Shown in pieces: positions 37,482 through 51,770 of a stretch of DNA of 64,000 nucleotides. Every line of letters begins with the position of its first letter. The first letter of the stretch is position 1. The DNA comes from Marsupella aquatica (lineage: Eukaryota > Plantae > Marchantiophyta): NCBI GenBank assembly GCA_973895155.1, contig OZ316894.1, positions 13,184,828-13,248,827 of the forward strand, read 5' to 3'. The translations under genes were made by a program, and so were the position numbers. The notes beneath the pieces are model-generated. The model searched no databases and had not been told where the DNA came from. It was given only the letters and a program-made list of their open reading frames with translations.

Positions 37482-39925
37482 CTAGTGTGATACTACATTG
37501 GGCTCCGCAAAATTGATTTTCTCTGGAAATGCGTTTACATTGATTCTCAAGTCGAATGCAACAGGTGCAGTTTGAGTTTGAGAGGTTGCAGCTATTTGAA
37601 CCATAGAGACTCCCTGCGCTTGAAGGTACTCTATCTCGCCAGGCGAGAGGTTTGTTCCTTTCACAACTGGCAGGATGTCTGGTACAAGAGGAAGGCGTTC
37701 AACACCACGATGCGGGCGGCTTTGTAGCATGTGCTATTTGGGCAGAACCATATAATTTTGGCAATGGGCGTTCCTCTGAAAATGCGATGTCCGCTGACAA
37801 CAATGCTGACAACACCAGCAGCAAAATGGAACCCTACTTTCTTGACACGATTTTGACGCTCATTTCTGTCAAAATTTCCATGCAAGGTCCCATTACACTG
37901 TGGCCCTGCCCCATATTTGGTGGTCTGTCTCAAATGCCATCTCCCTCTAGGAACGTCCATTTCCAAAGGAGTTGATTCTGTCGGCAAACGTTGAAGCATA
38001 GCAGGGGCACTACATGGTGGTTGAGATGATGTTGTTTCCCTCGTGGCTTCAGGGGTGTTTTCAAAGGAATCGCTTTCACTCATTGAAGTGTCACTCCTGG
38101 AGAGGTCTACTACAGGATCTACTACATTGGCGGGATTGGAAGTGAATACTCAGTGTTGTTGAGATTCTTCCGTTTGAATCCTTGAGTATTTGGGGTAGTG
38201 ATGAGAATGGTGTCATGCCGATGGGAGTCTTGTGGCGAGACAATCCCAGTTGCAAGTCCCTTCCTCTTAACCAATTTGGTGACAATATCTCCATTCAGAG
38301 GAGAATTCCTACCCAGATCAAAATCAGCAGAGTTGGAAAGAATCATGTTAGTGGTTTCTTTGAATAACTTGGGTGAACCTGCTTGGTCTACCGAACGGAA
38401 TGCTAATTCCCAGATAGTTGGCCCCTTCCCTCTATTGAGTCCTTTCTGATATGCACTGTAACTCGCAACTTGAGATATAGCTCAATTTTGATCAACTTGG
38501 CATGCTTCGAAGAGACCCACCATTTTTTTGGTTGCCCATGCTTTCATTGAAGCGTGCCTTGACTCAAAACCTGTACAGTTTGGAATGAGGGCACCTTCTT
38601 CTGCGCTTTTGCTCTGCAATGAAGTCGATCTAGACCAACTTTAGTCAATTTGTTTAAGCAGCGCCAGGCGCTAGCAATGTATATGATATATTAATATAAT
38701 TTGGTATTATCAAGTGTTTCTAAGCCATCAATGTGGCAAAGTTATCTCTACAGTTTAAAGCAGCGCCAGGCGCTAGCAATGTGTATGATATAATAATATA
38801 TTGTTGGTATCTGTATAGTTTAAAGCAACGCCAGGCGCTAGTATAAACACACTGAGAAGTGACTATTGTACACATTGATAAAACTTACCATGCGAATGAA
38901 ATTCCCCCATTGACGCCATCGAACGACCCACCATGATATCCAACTCTACAACATCATCAGTTTTCCTGGTACACAGTTGCCTGCTTGCCACCACAACACA
39001 ATCTCCCTAGAAACTCGGTATGCTGCAACAAACGATGGAGCATTTCGCAATTTCTCCCAGAGTCTTCGATGTTCAGGTTGCCTACCCTCCAGTACTCCCT
39101 CCGTGGAATGTTGATGGAAAGACTGGTAAAAGTGGAATGCATCGGATCGTTCACTTTCAAGGTCTGGGTGACCTCCAAAAAAGACATTGCGAACGACGAT
39201 CCATCCAACCTGAGCATTGTCGGCCATAAAACCTTGAATGACAACCTCATGTAAGTAACCCATTTTTGTTACAAACCTCAATCATAATTCTCCATGCCTT
39301 CTCAAAGGACTTTGTGTCTTCAGCTTTTAGTTCGCATGTGAATATTGTACAAATAGCTCAAAAGTTGTGATTGTAAACGTGTGCACTAAAAGTAAACCAG
39401 TCGGTTGTCACTTGCTTCATGACATCAAAACTCACCCAAGCCCCTTCCAATCTTTTTCCCGGTTGCATCTGCTGTAGAAGATCTACACCAGATCCATGAC
39501 CCTTGATTGACATTTTGAATATGTGGGGCCGATCTGCTAAACAACCCTGACCCGGCAGAAGATACCTTTGGAGGAAAGAAATATTATTTTCAAGACCTTT
39601 GCATTCAAGCTAGGAAATCTAACTCACCACGACCAGCGTGGTCCATTCAAACGCTATGACAAAGCGATGCAAATTTCTGCAGAGTAGATAGAACCATGAG
39701 AGACTTCCAATTTCTGTTTTTTCAATATCTACGATGTCGTCAATGTTCTTGCAAAGAGCTTTCACAAGCAAACCAATCGCGGAATTCAAAATCCCAGCCG
39801 GTTTTGCAAGAGGCTTGGCTTCGTGATTTCTTTTTATTAAATCCTCGGCCATCTTTTTAGCGCTCCTCGAGAAAACTTTTCTACTCGGATGGTTATGTTC
39901 ACCTATATGAACCGTGAGCCAAGAC

Positions 39926-42900
39926 TGTGGTGCGTCCCATGGCTCCCTAAACCCAAGAAACCCCCCCTCACAAGCCGATTCCTGCGGGTTTCGCGCTTGG
40001 CGAGGCCGTTTCCGTGGCTTAGCGGCATGGGACGCTGCTAACCTCCTTCTACTACTACTATTAACATTTTACACACATATACTGGACAGATCCTTCATCG
40101 GGTCATGAGATACGTAGCCGGCCTAATCTAGGCCTTCCCTTGTCTTCCCCTCCGTCTTGTTAGGTATGTTTGGATTCCACCACCGGAATGATCCCCAATA
40201 GGCTTGGTTAAGCCGCTAAGACCTCTCTCAGCTCGACACATCCAACTCTCACTTCCCTAGTTACTTTCCTTCCTTGGTTGATGTGGGCACTCTTCACACA
40301 AGTTAATGCGACACACAAATAGCAAAATGACTCCTTCTGACTGAGTCATACCATGCACTTGCCATACAAACAGTACATCTCATACACAAGCTCTGCGAAC
40401 TAAGCCGTGAGGCCAACTCTATTTAGCTCTTAGGCATGAGGAAACATGAATATACACAAGGGTCACTATATGACTAACCCAGAGCTTCTCTTACTACTTG
40501 ATCCCAGCCCGGCTGGTGCAAACTAAAAACTTGCTAAAGAAGAGGCCCTGAGCTCCCCGCTGCCCAGGTACTTATCCTGGTAGTGGATCCGCCTAATTCT
40601 TTGTAGCGTAAGCCTAATCTACCTAACTGGATCTACCTATGTACAGCGAGGCAGGAGTACAAGTGTTGCTCTTACCAGTGGAACCGCAATCCCACTAAGC
40701 TAAGTGTCAGGGCCGCCTCCTGGTGATAGCGGGATCTATTGCCGTGTTCATGCCGGAGGTTGGTACCGGTTTGAGTACGGCTTGAGGGGTCGAATAACCT
40801 CCGGACCCCGAAGGTTTCCGCTTCTTCTTCTTCACTATCTCCATAGCCGGTTCCTTCCCCTTGCCGCCAACGTCCGGCACCGGGCCGTGTGTCACGGCTG
40901 GTCCTTCGGCAATTACCACCCCGGGTAACTGGTTTGCCCCAACGGGAGATGGACCTGATGCAGCTAAGCATTTAAATACTGCGGCTTGTTTCTTCAGCCG
41001 CTCTGTTTGGTTGTCGGCCCGCCGCTGTAGGTTCTCCATCTTCCTCGTGATTTCTTCCAACACCTCCTGGGTCTCATCCAGGTCCTTACGTGCCTCCTCC
41101 AGCTCGTTTTTGGCTTACTCCAATTCCCTGTGGGCTTCCTCAAATTCCTTCTTGGTGGTAGCCCTCTCCTCCTGGGTTGCTCTTAGCTCCTTGTCGAGCT
41201 CCGCTACAACCTCAGACTCCATGTTATTCATCTTGGCATAAGTCTGGTCGAGCTGGGCGTCCTTCTCCCGCAGGTCAGCCTTGAAGCTGGCCGACAGGGA
41301 TGCAAGCTCCTGCTGTAGCGCAATAATCCCTTGATAGGATTTCCCTAACTCGGCCTCCTTCTGCTCAAGGGCTCTGCGGACGACCTCGAGCTCTTCCTTC
41401 AGCGCCCTCACCCTTCTCTGAGTCTCCGCCGTGACCCGGTTGTTGACTGCTATATGGGCCTCCTCTGCGTCTCTCAGCTCCTTCTTCCATTTCTCCCTGT
41501 CCTTGATTGCGTCGGCCAATTCTCCCAGGGTCTGAGTCAGTTTATCCTTGATAATCTGATTATCAGCTTGCGCGGTGTCCAACTGCCCCTGCATGATGTT
41601 CACCTCATGCTGCTTAATCCGCAGTTCATCTTGGGCTTTCTTGGCCGCCCTTAGATCTTCAATCTCGGCTTCCATCCTCCTAAGCCGCCGGATGACCTCG
41701 TCCTTCTTGCTTCTCTCTAAAGCCACCGCTTCTTCTAATTGGTGCTTCTCCAACTGCTCCCTATGGAAAAAGGATCCTACCTCCAACTCCTCCCCAAAGA
41801 TGCCGAGCGCAAGTTCCCCACATATCTCACCATACTCCATGGCTCTATTTTTAGCGTAGGTGGAGTAAGTAGAAGTGATCGGCATCGCCCATCGCGGCCT
41901 CTGCTCCCAAGCCATCTTGCGGATCTCTTCAATCGTGGCTAGAGGTTTGCTTCCTTTTTCAGCTAGCCGCCTGATGTCCTCCGGCCAATCTCCTCCTGGC
42001 AAATCCTTTTCCCTAGCCAGGGCTGCCTTTTCTGCTTCCCTAAGTCGCTCCTGAAATTCCTGTGCCGTCTGCTTTATGCCGTCAAAGCTCGGGGGTGCAA
42101 CATCTGGTGGGGGAGACTTGGAGCTACTCTGCTGGTTGGGGTCCCCTCGAACTACCCTTGGAAGTGTGGGGATAAACCGGCCACAGGTCCTTACTCCTGG
42201 AACATGATGGTCCGACCCATAGCCAGAGTTATCATGGCTGCAGTCCTCCACTGCCTCCTCCACCTCTTGGACTTCCGGCTTCTCCCTCTCCTCTTTGCCG
42301 GTAGGAGCTTCAGCCATTCTGCCTCAGATTCAGAGCTTGAGACTCCCACGTACATTCGAACACCCGGCTTGGATTCTGGCCTGATTCTCTCCTTATTTCC
42401 GGTAAAGGGGTTTTCCCTTCTAAGTCTGCTTAGGTTGACCTCTGGGGCAGTGTCCTGTATTGGTGCCGTTGTCGAAGCTGGTGCCAGTGCCGTCTTTTCC
42501 TTCTCCAGCATTTTCAGCAGATTCTGCATGCTTGGTTGCTGCATCGGCAAGTCTTCCTTCCTTGGCCTAAACACCTGCTCAATCGTAGGGCTAACAGGTG
42601 GTTGAGGCTTCTCTGCTACCGGCCTCGGTGCTGGAGCTTCCTCGGGTGCCCTTACCTGCAGGGGAAGTACTGGGGCAAAGGTCTGACCTCTGGCATACCG
42701 GCACAACAGCGGCATGTGATAGCCAAGCCGCGACACGCTCCCCAGGCCGATTACCTACTGCTCCTCCTTTAAGATCTTCTTCAATTGGTTGAGGAGGTGC
42801 CCGTTGTAGTCCCGGCTTGGGTCTGGCCTTTCTGCCAGATAGACCTGTGCCTTGCCAATCTCTGCCCTCGGCAAGTTACAATGCATGGTCACCCGCAAGA

Positions 42901-43484
42901 AGTCGATCATCTCTCCTATGTGCGGGTTGGTGCAGGTGTTCCGGAAGAAGCCATTCTTCGTTGATGGCCCAAGGAATGACCGGAACTCCTTGTTAGGCAA
43001 GGTCTTCCTGGTATCAACTTTGGTCTTATTGCCTATCGGCAAGCCAAACACTTTGGCAATCACCTTGGGAGTAAGATAGAAATGTGCCGCTTGATTGACG
43101 TTGCTCATACCCTCCTTAGGTTGATCGTCGGTATCTACTCTCTCCCCGAGTGCTTGCCTAAGCAGCTGACAGTAGTTGGCCTCCCGTAGTCGTCTACCTA
43201 GTTTGTGCTCGCAAATGAGCCACCATTCCCTGCAAGCGCTCCTTACCCCTCTCCTCTTCCGGTCCTTCCTCCCGTTGATCCTTCCTAGCCGCCGACGCTT
43301 AGCGCGCCCTAACCCTAATCTTGTTTTCACCCCCAGCGTCCTTACCTCCGGCCTCGGCCCGGGTTCCATAGTCGCCCCTAATTGTTTATATTTTCCTTGT
43401 TTTGTCCCTATACTAAGGTGTTTCTAGGGTGCACTCCTGCTTTACCCACTTAACTGGCTGAGTGATTCCTGGCTAGGCATCACA
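39926..43484 (-). mobile_element. Solo LTR, family B, copy 2 (3559 bp)
   Basis: TGTGGTGC...GCATCACA termini; 5-bp TSD AAGAC (39921-39925, 43485-43489); removing it restores the transposase frame (SHMSWLTVHIGEHNHP). Confidence 0.93.
40707..43369 (-). pseudogene. LTR-B-encoded accessory protein, copy 2 (with a ~0.7-kb internal deletion near 43085)
   Basis: ORFs 42755-43369, 42191-42736, 41115-42317 and 40707-41063 are colinear with copy 1. Confidence 0.75.
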
Positions 43485-46352
43485 AAGACATGTGACTATA
43501 GGTTTCTGTATCAAGTAGGACCTGTGGATACACATAGAACAAGCGAGCAGGGCTGCAAGAGTCCACACAAAAAGGAATCTGTTCACAGTAGTGACATACT
43601 ATACCACCCTCTTCAATGAATGAACCCACCACATGTTGGCCACTAACCTTAGGGGTACCAGCCCAGGCTTTTGCATTGCATCTCTTCTTTTGCTGAAAGT
43701 ACTCATAGGACTTGTTCCTGCACTCGATGAACCCAGTACAAGTGACCTTACCAAACTCCCAGTGTTTCTTTGGTTGCACGTTTGCGGTTGTCGGAAAAAT
43801 CCTGGTCCAAATGTAACAATCTTTGGCACGGTCCATGTCACAAAGTCTAGATCCCTTGGACTGGATTCCCTCAATGGGAGGCGACTCAAATACAACATTT
43901 CCGTTGTACTTGTGTGGCAAACAAGGAACTTGCTCGTGTCAGAAGTCCCCTGCCGAGATAAATCTTGATAGTTCACTATGTCCCGTGGCCTTTAGTAAGG
44001 CGTCCATTGCACTCTGCCGGTAAACCTTATGGACACCTCCGGAGGTGGCCACCGATTCACTCTTAAGGCAACTAGAGTCTGGAACTTTGTACTTCGCAGG
44101 AGGATTGGGCGCAACATCCTCATCTTCACTCTCAGATATTTCAACAACATGGGTTAGAATGTTCTCAACAACCGATTGAAGAGGAGTAAGTCTGACATGA
44201 AGCGTGTAACGAAGTCCGACATTCATGTGCACGAAACGTATTCCCTCATCCACATCAAATGCTGTAGCATGTTCAAGTCCTCCACTTGTTGACTCCTCAG
44301 GAACAATCAACTCAATGTCATTGATTCTCAAATCGAATCTCTCGCACAAGTAGGTTTTGCTTACTTGCTTGTAAGTATCAGAAACTTGCATGGGAACCTT
44401 GACAACGTCCCCAGTACAAGCACGTGTAATAACAATTGAGCGCAACATTGTAGATGAATGAAGTGAAAGCTAGAGGAAATTCATGCACTAAGCCAATCCC
44501 GACCGTATGGGTTGCTTATACCACCCCTTCAAAGACCACTGGCCGTTAAAAGAGTCGTTTCAATACGACAGTGGACACGCACAACTTTGCGTCCATTGAA
44601 ATCATAAATGAAACATTTGTCCTTTTTGCCCGGCAAGTGCGGGTGTCAGGAATATTTATTACATGAATACGACTAGATAATAGCCTATACAAGTGCGTCC
44701 ATTTCAATAGCGTCGGGTGCTACCTAAAAAGCATTTGAATAACTATGACTTAATTTGAAAAGTCTTGTGACTAGCGCCTGGCGCTAGCATAATCATACAC
44801 GCAATATTCATGAATTGTTTTTGCAAAATATTCCATCACAAGCATTTTTAAGTTCAAATACAGTAAATTGGTACTAGCGCCTGGCGCTAGTATTGATACA
44901 ATATACTTAACACCTTAATATCAAGTAAAGTTTAGTTACTACGGTTGAAACGAGTACATTGGGAAGTTTGTTAACAATATCTGGTACTAAAATAGAACGT
45001 TAATAAAATTATTCACATGGCTAGCGCCGGGCGCTAGCATTTGTTCACCAATAAGTTTTTGAATTTAGTGGTCACTTCTTCGTTAGCGCCCGGCGTTGGC
45101 ATTGCATGTCTGTTTGAAAGGTGTTGAGACAACGGTAACTATTGTTTAGTGTGATGATCACGCCAACATTTTAGCGTAATTCACATTAATACTTATTGCA
45201 ATTTCTAAATTGTCGCTTTCTGTCATGGATAAGTAATATTGAATCTCATCGTTCACAATGAGTAACGTCTCTCCAACCGATTACAAAGAGGGGAATAGCG
45301 CTCATTGATCGAATATAATACGGACACAATTGTTAATATGGTACGGAGAACTAGTAATAGATCGTGAGAATTCCGTTCATACACCTTTCATCATAAAGAT
45401 GATGGATGCAGTCCCCTCCTTGTCGAGGGGGTATAGTGTGGTTGGGGTTTAGGGTTTAGGGTATTGCGAGTCTTTTGAGTCTTCATTCTCTGGTTCAGTG
45501 TATACACGTTGAGTAACGAGGTCCACCGCATCGCTTGTTCCAATCTTTGGTATTTCGTTTGCCAAGCCAACAACAAAAGAAGATGGAGAATCTTGACACA
45601 TTTGTGATTCAAGATGTTTTGTTTTCGGAGACCGATCAAAACACGTCATGTCTTTTGGGAAAGATTTCAGAGGTTTTGACAAAGAGCCTCCACAAATTCC
45701 ACTATGTTGGTTGGTGCATATGGAGGTTGTCCGAACTCTACAGAAAGATAGCTCTTCCATCAACAAGCTGAAAGACTCTTTCCGTAGCATGGGATACAAT
45801 TCTTCAATTGGAATGAGGTTTTATGTTCAGCCTATCGATGCTGAGGGAGTGCTTCTCACCTGTACTCAGGAAATTCGTGATAGTTGGGATCCAATATGGA
45901 CATTTGACAATGAGAAATTCGAGGAAGAATGTGCTGCCGACCCAGATTTTCCGGTTTTGAAGGAAAAGAATGTTCTCCATTTTTGACAGGAACCATAGGC
46001 TTTACTCATGGACACTTGTCACTTAGGAGAATCCCGAAAACCCAAAGTACCACCCGCGAGTGCTTTGTACTATTTTCAATGGAAGGGTTCGCTGATAGAA
46101 ATCAAAGCGGCTATGCACACCGTTAACCAATAAGATTCTCTTTTGTGCATAACTTCGTGAGTCATTGTGAATTGTTAATTCTTTCTAGCATAACTTTCCG
46201 AGACCATGTTTTACGAGCGCCCGACGCTGCTTATATGTTCTTCTCATTTCATTCTTTTATTTCAGGCTTGGACAAGCCGTTGTGGAATCCTCCTGGATCC
46301 TAGATGCCAATCAAATTAAGCGGATCTTGATGCACGACCTGGAGTACTATAG

Positions 46353-49300
46353 TGTGACGCCGCCGGTACAATGGGTAATGAGTGATTCGGCCTAACCACG
46401 CTTAGCACGCGCATTAGGGGTATCTTAGGCAGTAATTATTAGCGTAACAATAGTATTTAGGTAGCCATTATGAGTAGGACATCATTAGTCAATAAGGGGC
46501 ATTCATGTTCGGGCTGGCGGCGGGTCGCCATTTGCACGCCCGGTTGCGAGCGTGTAATGGGCCCCCTCCCTCAGGTCAGTATAATGAACTTTGGGAGATG
46601 GCCACTGACACGCACTGACCCGGACTGGTGGAGTGGCCGGTACACTGCAAGCATGAAAGGCTCAGCCTATAAGCGACGAGGAGGCGACGAGGAGGCGTCG
46701 GGCGACCGACGAGATCTCAAAGTATAAAAGGGGGCCGATCCTTTGCAGTGCACCAGTTCTTCAGTCCATGCGCCAACTTTGACCCCAGTTCTCTCGCCCA
46801 TCCTTAGTCGCCTTCTATCTCCTCTGAATGTCGCACACGATCCTTTCCAATTTGGCCATACGATTCTGGACACAGTTCCTATCTATCGGGGGCACTTGGC
46901 TGACTCATTAAAACATGCCAACCCGTGCGATACAAAGTTGAACACGAGTATGAGAGAGCCATCCGCCTAGCAGGCCGCCACCACTATCTCCTTAACTTTG
47001 ATTACCCGTCCCAGAGCGAGCTTTACCGACCCAAAGAAATATCAGGATACTTCTTCGTCGAGGGCAAATACATCGGCTTCTGGGAAGCATTGCTTTGGCT
47101 TCCGGATGCAGTCTTCACTATCTCGAGCACAATCAACTTACAGTGGCACCACTTTGACCATATCCCCGCTTGGGTCCAGGCCATCATCAACAGCGAGTTC
47201 AGCACTACCCGGTCGACAAGGCCGTCTACACTTGCTTTGGAAAACCTCTACCGGCACCTGTAGAACTTCATGGGAACCAGACCATCAACCACCGGTGCCG
47301 GCCCAATTGAGCCCATGCCCGTACCCGCACCAACACTGGCTCAGGCTCAGGCTCAGGCTCAGGCTTAGGCTCAGCCTTAGCCTAGCCGATCCCCACCGCC
47401 GGTCGCCCCGCCAGTACAAGTACGCTCCATCGTCAACGCTGTGGACCTTAGCAACGATGATGAGGATACCCCACCCCTTCTTAGGCGGCCCAGAGGAGCG
47501 AGCACCCAGGGAGCCGACACTACATCGCCCCCTCCCCAAGCCCGGGCCCAAACCCAAACCCGAGTAGCGGCTCCGATGGACAACACGGTGACCGTAGCCA
47601 CCTCGGCCCCAATACTAACAGCAATGGCTCTACCCATACCCGATCGAGAGGATGGGGAGATGTCACCCTCTCCAAGCCATCACGGGAGCCAATCTCAGGG
47701 AAAGAAAAGGAAGGAACCTACAACTGTATCCGGGTTAACCATGGCCACGGTAGCTGCGGCCAAGGTGACAATGCACCGCATGGGGGAGAACGTGCATAAG
47801 AACATCCTCCACCCCAAACATGCGGTGTACTTGAAGACTCACGGGTTCAAGCACCTCGCCTCTCTCCCCTGGAACAACTGCAGGTACTACGGGGAGGGCA
47901 TGACGGAGTTCGTCAAGAATTATGACGACGATCGTCAGCAAACTCGGCTACGGGGGAGGAATACGTCCCTCATAGAGGAGCGGCTCAAGATGATCTTCGG
48001 GCTATATACCCAAGGGAGATCAATGAGTTGAATCACGGGCTCCCGGGGGCAAAGGAGCCAAGTACCAATCCTTGAGTTTTCCCTCTGAGGGGTCAGTGGA
48101 CAACGGGTTCATGATGAGGACCTACCTCATCCCCAAGATAGCCGAGCGGCTGGAGTTCCAAAGGTACGCCCTCCACATGATGGAACCCCAGGGCAAGATC
48201 TCCGCTGTCCAGGTTATTCAGGTCGAGAACTATCGACCTAGGAAGTGGGCGTCGTACTTCGCTAAGAAGTTCCATGAAGAGATGGAACGGCAAAGGAAGG
48301 CGCTGTACATTGGCGGGAATGCGTATTTTGCGAGCCACATCGAGATCATTCTTGAGTGGTATGCCTGGTTCGATTGACGAACCCTTCCCCGGGCCAATGT
48401 AACTAAGTTGGTTCCGACTAAGTGGATCTTCCCGGCCTTGGAGAGATGGCCTCAACCCGAGGCCTGAACTGTGGCGGCCACGCAGGCCTCACCCACCCCA
48501 CCTCCACAAGTAGCCGTAGCCAAAGAGGTACTGGACGAGGTAGTGATCGCAACCTTAGACGCGATCAACCAAGCCGGGCCGAGTACAGAAGTCAGGGCGG
48601 TGGAGGCCTTGACCGAGCCCGAGGGTCCAGAAGACGCACCGGTGGCTATTCTAGCAGACAGCATGATGATGGAGGAGGACACTCTAGCCCCTTCCAACAC
48701 TACATCCCCAGGGCTGGATGTCACTACCCTGGCTCCCACGCGAGTTGACGTCTGCCCGTGCCCAAATCCGGACGGGCACAACCTGGACCACCCGAAACTC
48801 TTCGTACCGGGTACATTTCTGAATGGGCTTTTGGGAGATTTCTCCCAACAAATTGCTCAGGATACCGGGGAGTTCATGGCCCAAAAGGTAGCCTACTTCT
48901 TCAATCATGAGTTGGTTACTGCAGTAAAGGCAGGTCGGGCCCAGTCGGAGTCCCTTCAAAGGATAGAGCGATACCGGGTTGAGTCCGTGTACCTAAAGGG
49001 CAAAATTGAGACTCAAGAGGCTGAGCTTCTGCAACTACGACCCAAGGTTGCAGCCACCGATGAGTTTTTAGCAAATGCGCATGCCCTTACCGCCTTAGCC
49101 GAACAGGCCAAAGCTGGGAAGGAGGCCGAGATTGCATGGCTCCGGACCTAGATTGGCAGTTTGAAGAATCAAACTGTCATCTAGCAGAAAGACCTGGAGG
49201 AGGCCGAAGAGCGGGCCCAGCGTGACACTGCAGAGATTTCCGCCCTACTGGCCGAAGTAGCGCGGCTTCAAACCAAAGCCGAGAAGCAGAACCAGATGGT

Positions 49301-50383
49301 GGACAAGCTGACAAGCAACGCCCAACAACTGGAAGAGGCATGCGAGGAGGCAGCTAAGGAGACGGACGCGGCGAAGCAAGAGAACAAATCTCTGCTAGAC
49401 CAAGTCCAGCTGCTCAAGATGGACAACGACAGGCTCCGTAGGCAGGGGGATGGCCGCTCCCACTCGGACGACTCTGGCAAGCGCACCAGGCATTAGCGGA
49501 GAGTTAGGCTTAGAATAGTACTAGGAGTAGCTAAAACGGGCTGTTAGGACAAGTGCCGGCCATAAGATAGCGGCGCTGACACATTAGCCAGCCTGTGTAG
49601 AATAGGTTAGACTAATAGGACAAGCCATAACCAGCTTAGTGAGGATATAAGTTAGCGTAGATTTGGGCATGAGGCCAGGCTGGTCCTCAAGGCCCTTAGT
49701 ATTTAGTAGCCCCCTAGTAGAGGCATGGGGGGGGGGATTTTAGACTCAGAAGTTGGCCATTTGCGGTACTCGCGGGGAGTTCCAAACTCGGTGAAGTGTC
49801 GGAGTGCCAAGGGGAGGGTATACGACTAAGCTCGTCGGGCGAGTGCGGAGCCGGGCTCCATTGTAGTGTATACTCCTTGGCCTTGGGCCCGTTCATTCAC
49901 AAGGTGTCGGGTCACCCAATCGTAAGTGTAGGATCATATATGAATGAAATCCTTTCCCCTCAATTCCTTCATGTAAATCGAGATTTTGGTTATATATGAA
50001 TGCATGTCTGAGTCTTGTGTGCAAGTATAATGCAATGCCGGGCCGAACACGTTATGCCAAGCGTGCACGGGGTGCAGGTTACGGGTAACAGGATGCGAGC
50101 CAGGGTTGAGCACTTGTACTAATGAATCCGGATCGAAGGCGGTAACACGAAGGCTTAGAAGTCCATAAGCCGGGGTCGACCCCGTGTTGACTAAGGTACG
50201 TTCCGACGGCGGAACACAAAGCATACCTAAGCGTGCTCGTAAGTAAATGTATGCGCACTTAGCGCTAGTTTGGGATAATTATACGCACTCCGCACGTCCC
50301 TCCCTGCCCGAACCCAAATACTGGCAAGGGAAGTGTCCGTCTTAGACGTAGATCGGCCTAAGGGCTAGGCCGATGGCGTGACA
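46353..50383 (+). mobile_element. Solo LTR, family A, copy 2 (4031 bp)
   Basis: TGTGACG...CGTGACA termini; 5-bp TSD TATAG (46348-46352, 50384-50388). Confidence 0.95.
46828..49496 (+). pseudogene. LTR-A-encoded accessory protein, copy 2
   Basis: Same ATG context and same terminal stop as copy 1; ORF pieces 46925-47263, 47441-48031, 48072-48377, 48471-49151 and 49296-49496. Confidence 0.8.
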
Positions 50384-51660
50384 TATAGTAAGCTCATTGA
50401 CCCTGCAAATTACAAGAATTTTGAGCAAATCAGGATGAAGACGCGGAAAGGATCCTGGTACACAAAGAAGATGCCTCAGGAGGCTCTTGTGTACATTCTA
50501 TGTCAGGATAAGATTAAGTCGTATTTGAACCAGTTCAAGATTGACATGGAGTCCGCTGCGGCCCTCGGTACCCCTTGGTCGGTCAAGGAGGTTTCCAGAA
50601 GGCATGCCGTTAAGATGAAGGAAGCAACCAAGGAATGGGCAGTGAAAACCTCAAAAATCACTCCTTTGTTGAGTCCAGAGTTTGAAGACTTTCTGTCTAC
50701 GTGCACATAAATGTATGTTGTCACGGAGAGGAATAAGCGGGAGAAGAAGCCAGATACAGTGTTGTGTACCATGGACCGGGCCAGGCTTTTTACAGCTATT
50801 TTGGCTCTTGATCCCAAGCTACAAAGTACTTTGCTTGTAGCACATTGCAATCTAGAGCTCCGGAGATAATTCTTCCATCCGAATAGTGTCAATGATGATC
50901 CAGTAAAATAGTGGTGTCACACCTGGATTACATGGAATAATGTAGAAGGGATTGCGGTGGGGATGTTGCAATGTGCTCTGCGAGAGGTCCAACAAACCAT
51001 TCCCGTGAATTGTTTACAAGATTGGGCATGTGAATCATTCAAATCTCTCATTGACATAGTCACGAATGATTTTAAGAAATACGGTGACTTTGTCAAGGGC
51101 AAGTTTTTTAATACAATGTGGCCCTTGAAGTATCCTGACAAAGAGGATTAGTCTTTGAAGAACCAAAAGCGAGCAAAAAGGTACCTCTGCCGTTTTTACA
51201 TCCACATGGAAGCTACAAAACCTGATTACTTTTGGGCGTATCCCACCGCCTTCCTCAAGTGGACTGTAATACCGGAGAATGATTCTTTAGCTGAATTGTA
51301 TTCTATGTATCCTACTGAGGGAATTTTCCCAGCAAGACCTTTGAGTGAATGGGAGAGAACCCATTGTCCATGGTACCTAGATACAGATAGATGGGACTCG
51401 CCCTTTGATCACAGAGAAAAGGATGCTTTCCATAAGTTGTCTAAGTCCCAGATCCCAGTCAACGTTGTTTCTGACATGAAGCAGGGGCTTCCGGACGATG
51501 TGGATCAATCCACTACAGAATTGCAAACAATATGTGAGACAACAATTGTTCATGTTGACCAAAGCAGGAAGCCTCACACCAAAGCAAAAGCAGATACTAC
51601 GGCCCCAAGTGAATCAACAAGATTTGGGAAAAAACCTAAGTATAATTTGTATCTCTTTGG

Positions 51661-51770
51661 TTAGCGCTCGGCGCTGCTATGGCAGTCAATATCTGTCACA
51701 TTGTTAGCGCCCGACGCTGCTATGGCAATCAATATCTATTACATTGTTAGCGCCTGACGCTGCTATGAGT
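51661..51770. repeat. Three ~43-bp tandem units, each with the MULE palindrome, inside a probable intron
   Basis: TTAGCGC(T/C)(C/T)G(G/A)CGCTGCTATG at ~51661, ~51704 and ~51747. Confidence 0.85.

Larger units (their letters stand above)
35298..44448 (-). pseudogene. Mutator-like DDE transposase with WRKY/GCM-type N-terminal domain and C-terminal SWIM zinc finger
   Basis: CTGFIEC...C..C...GEHNHP (split by LTR-B); DDE candidates SFDVMK (~39420), MADNAQ (~39220) and FESRHAS (~38560); intron ~38636-38888; SWIM CSCEDF...CKH (35415-35729). Confidence 0.85.
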
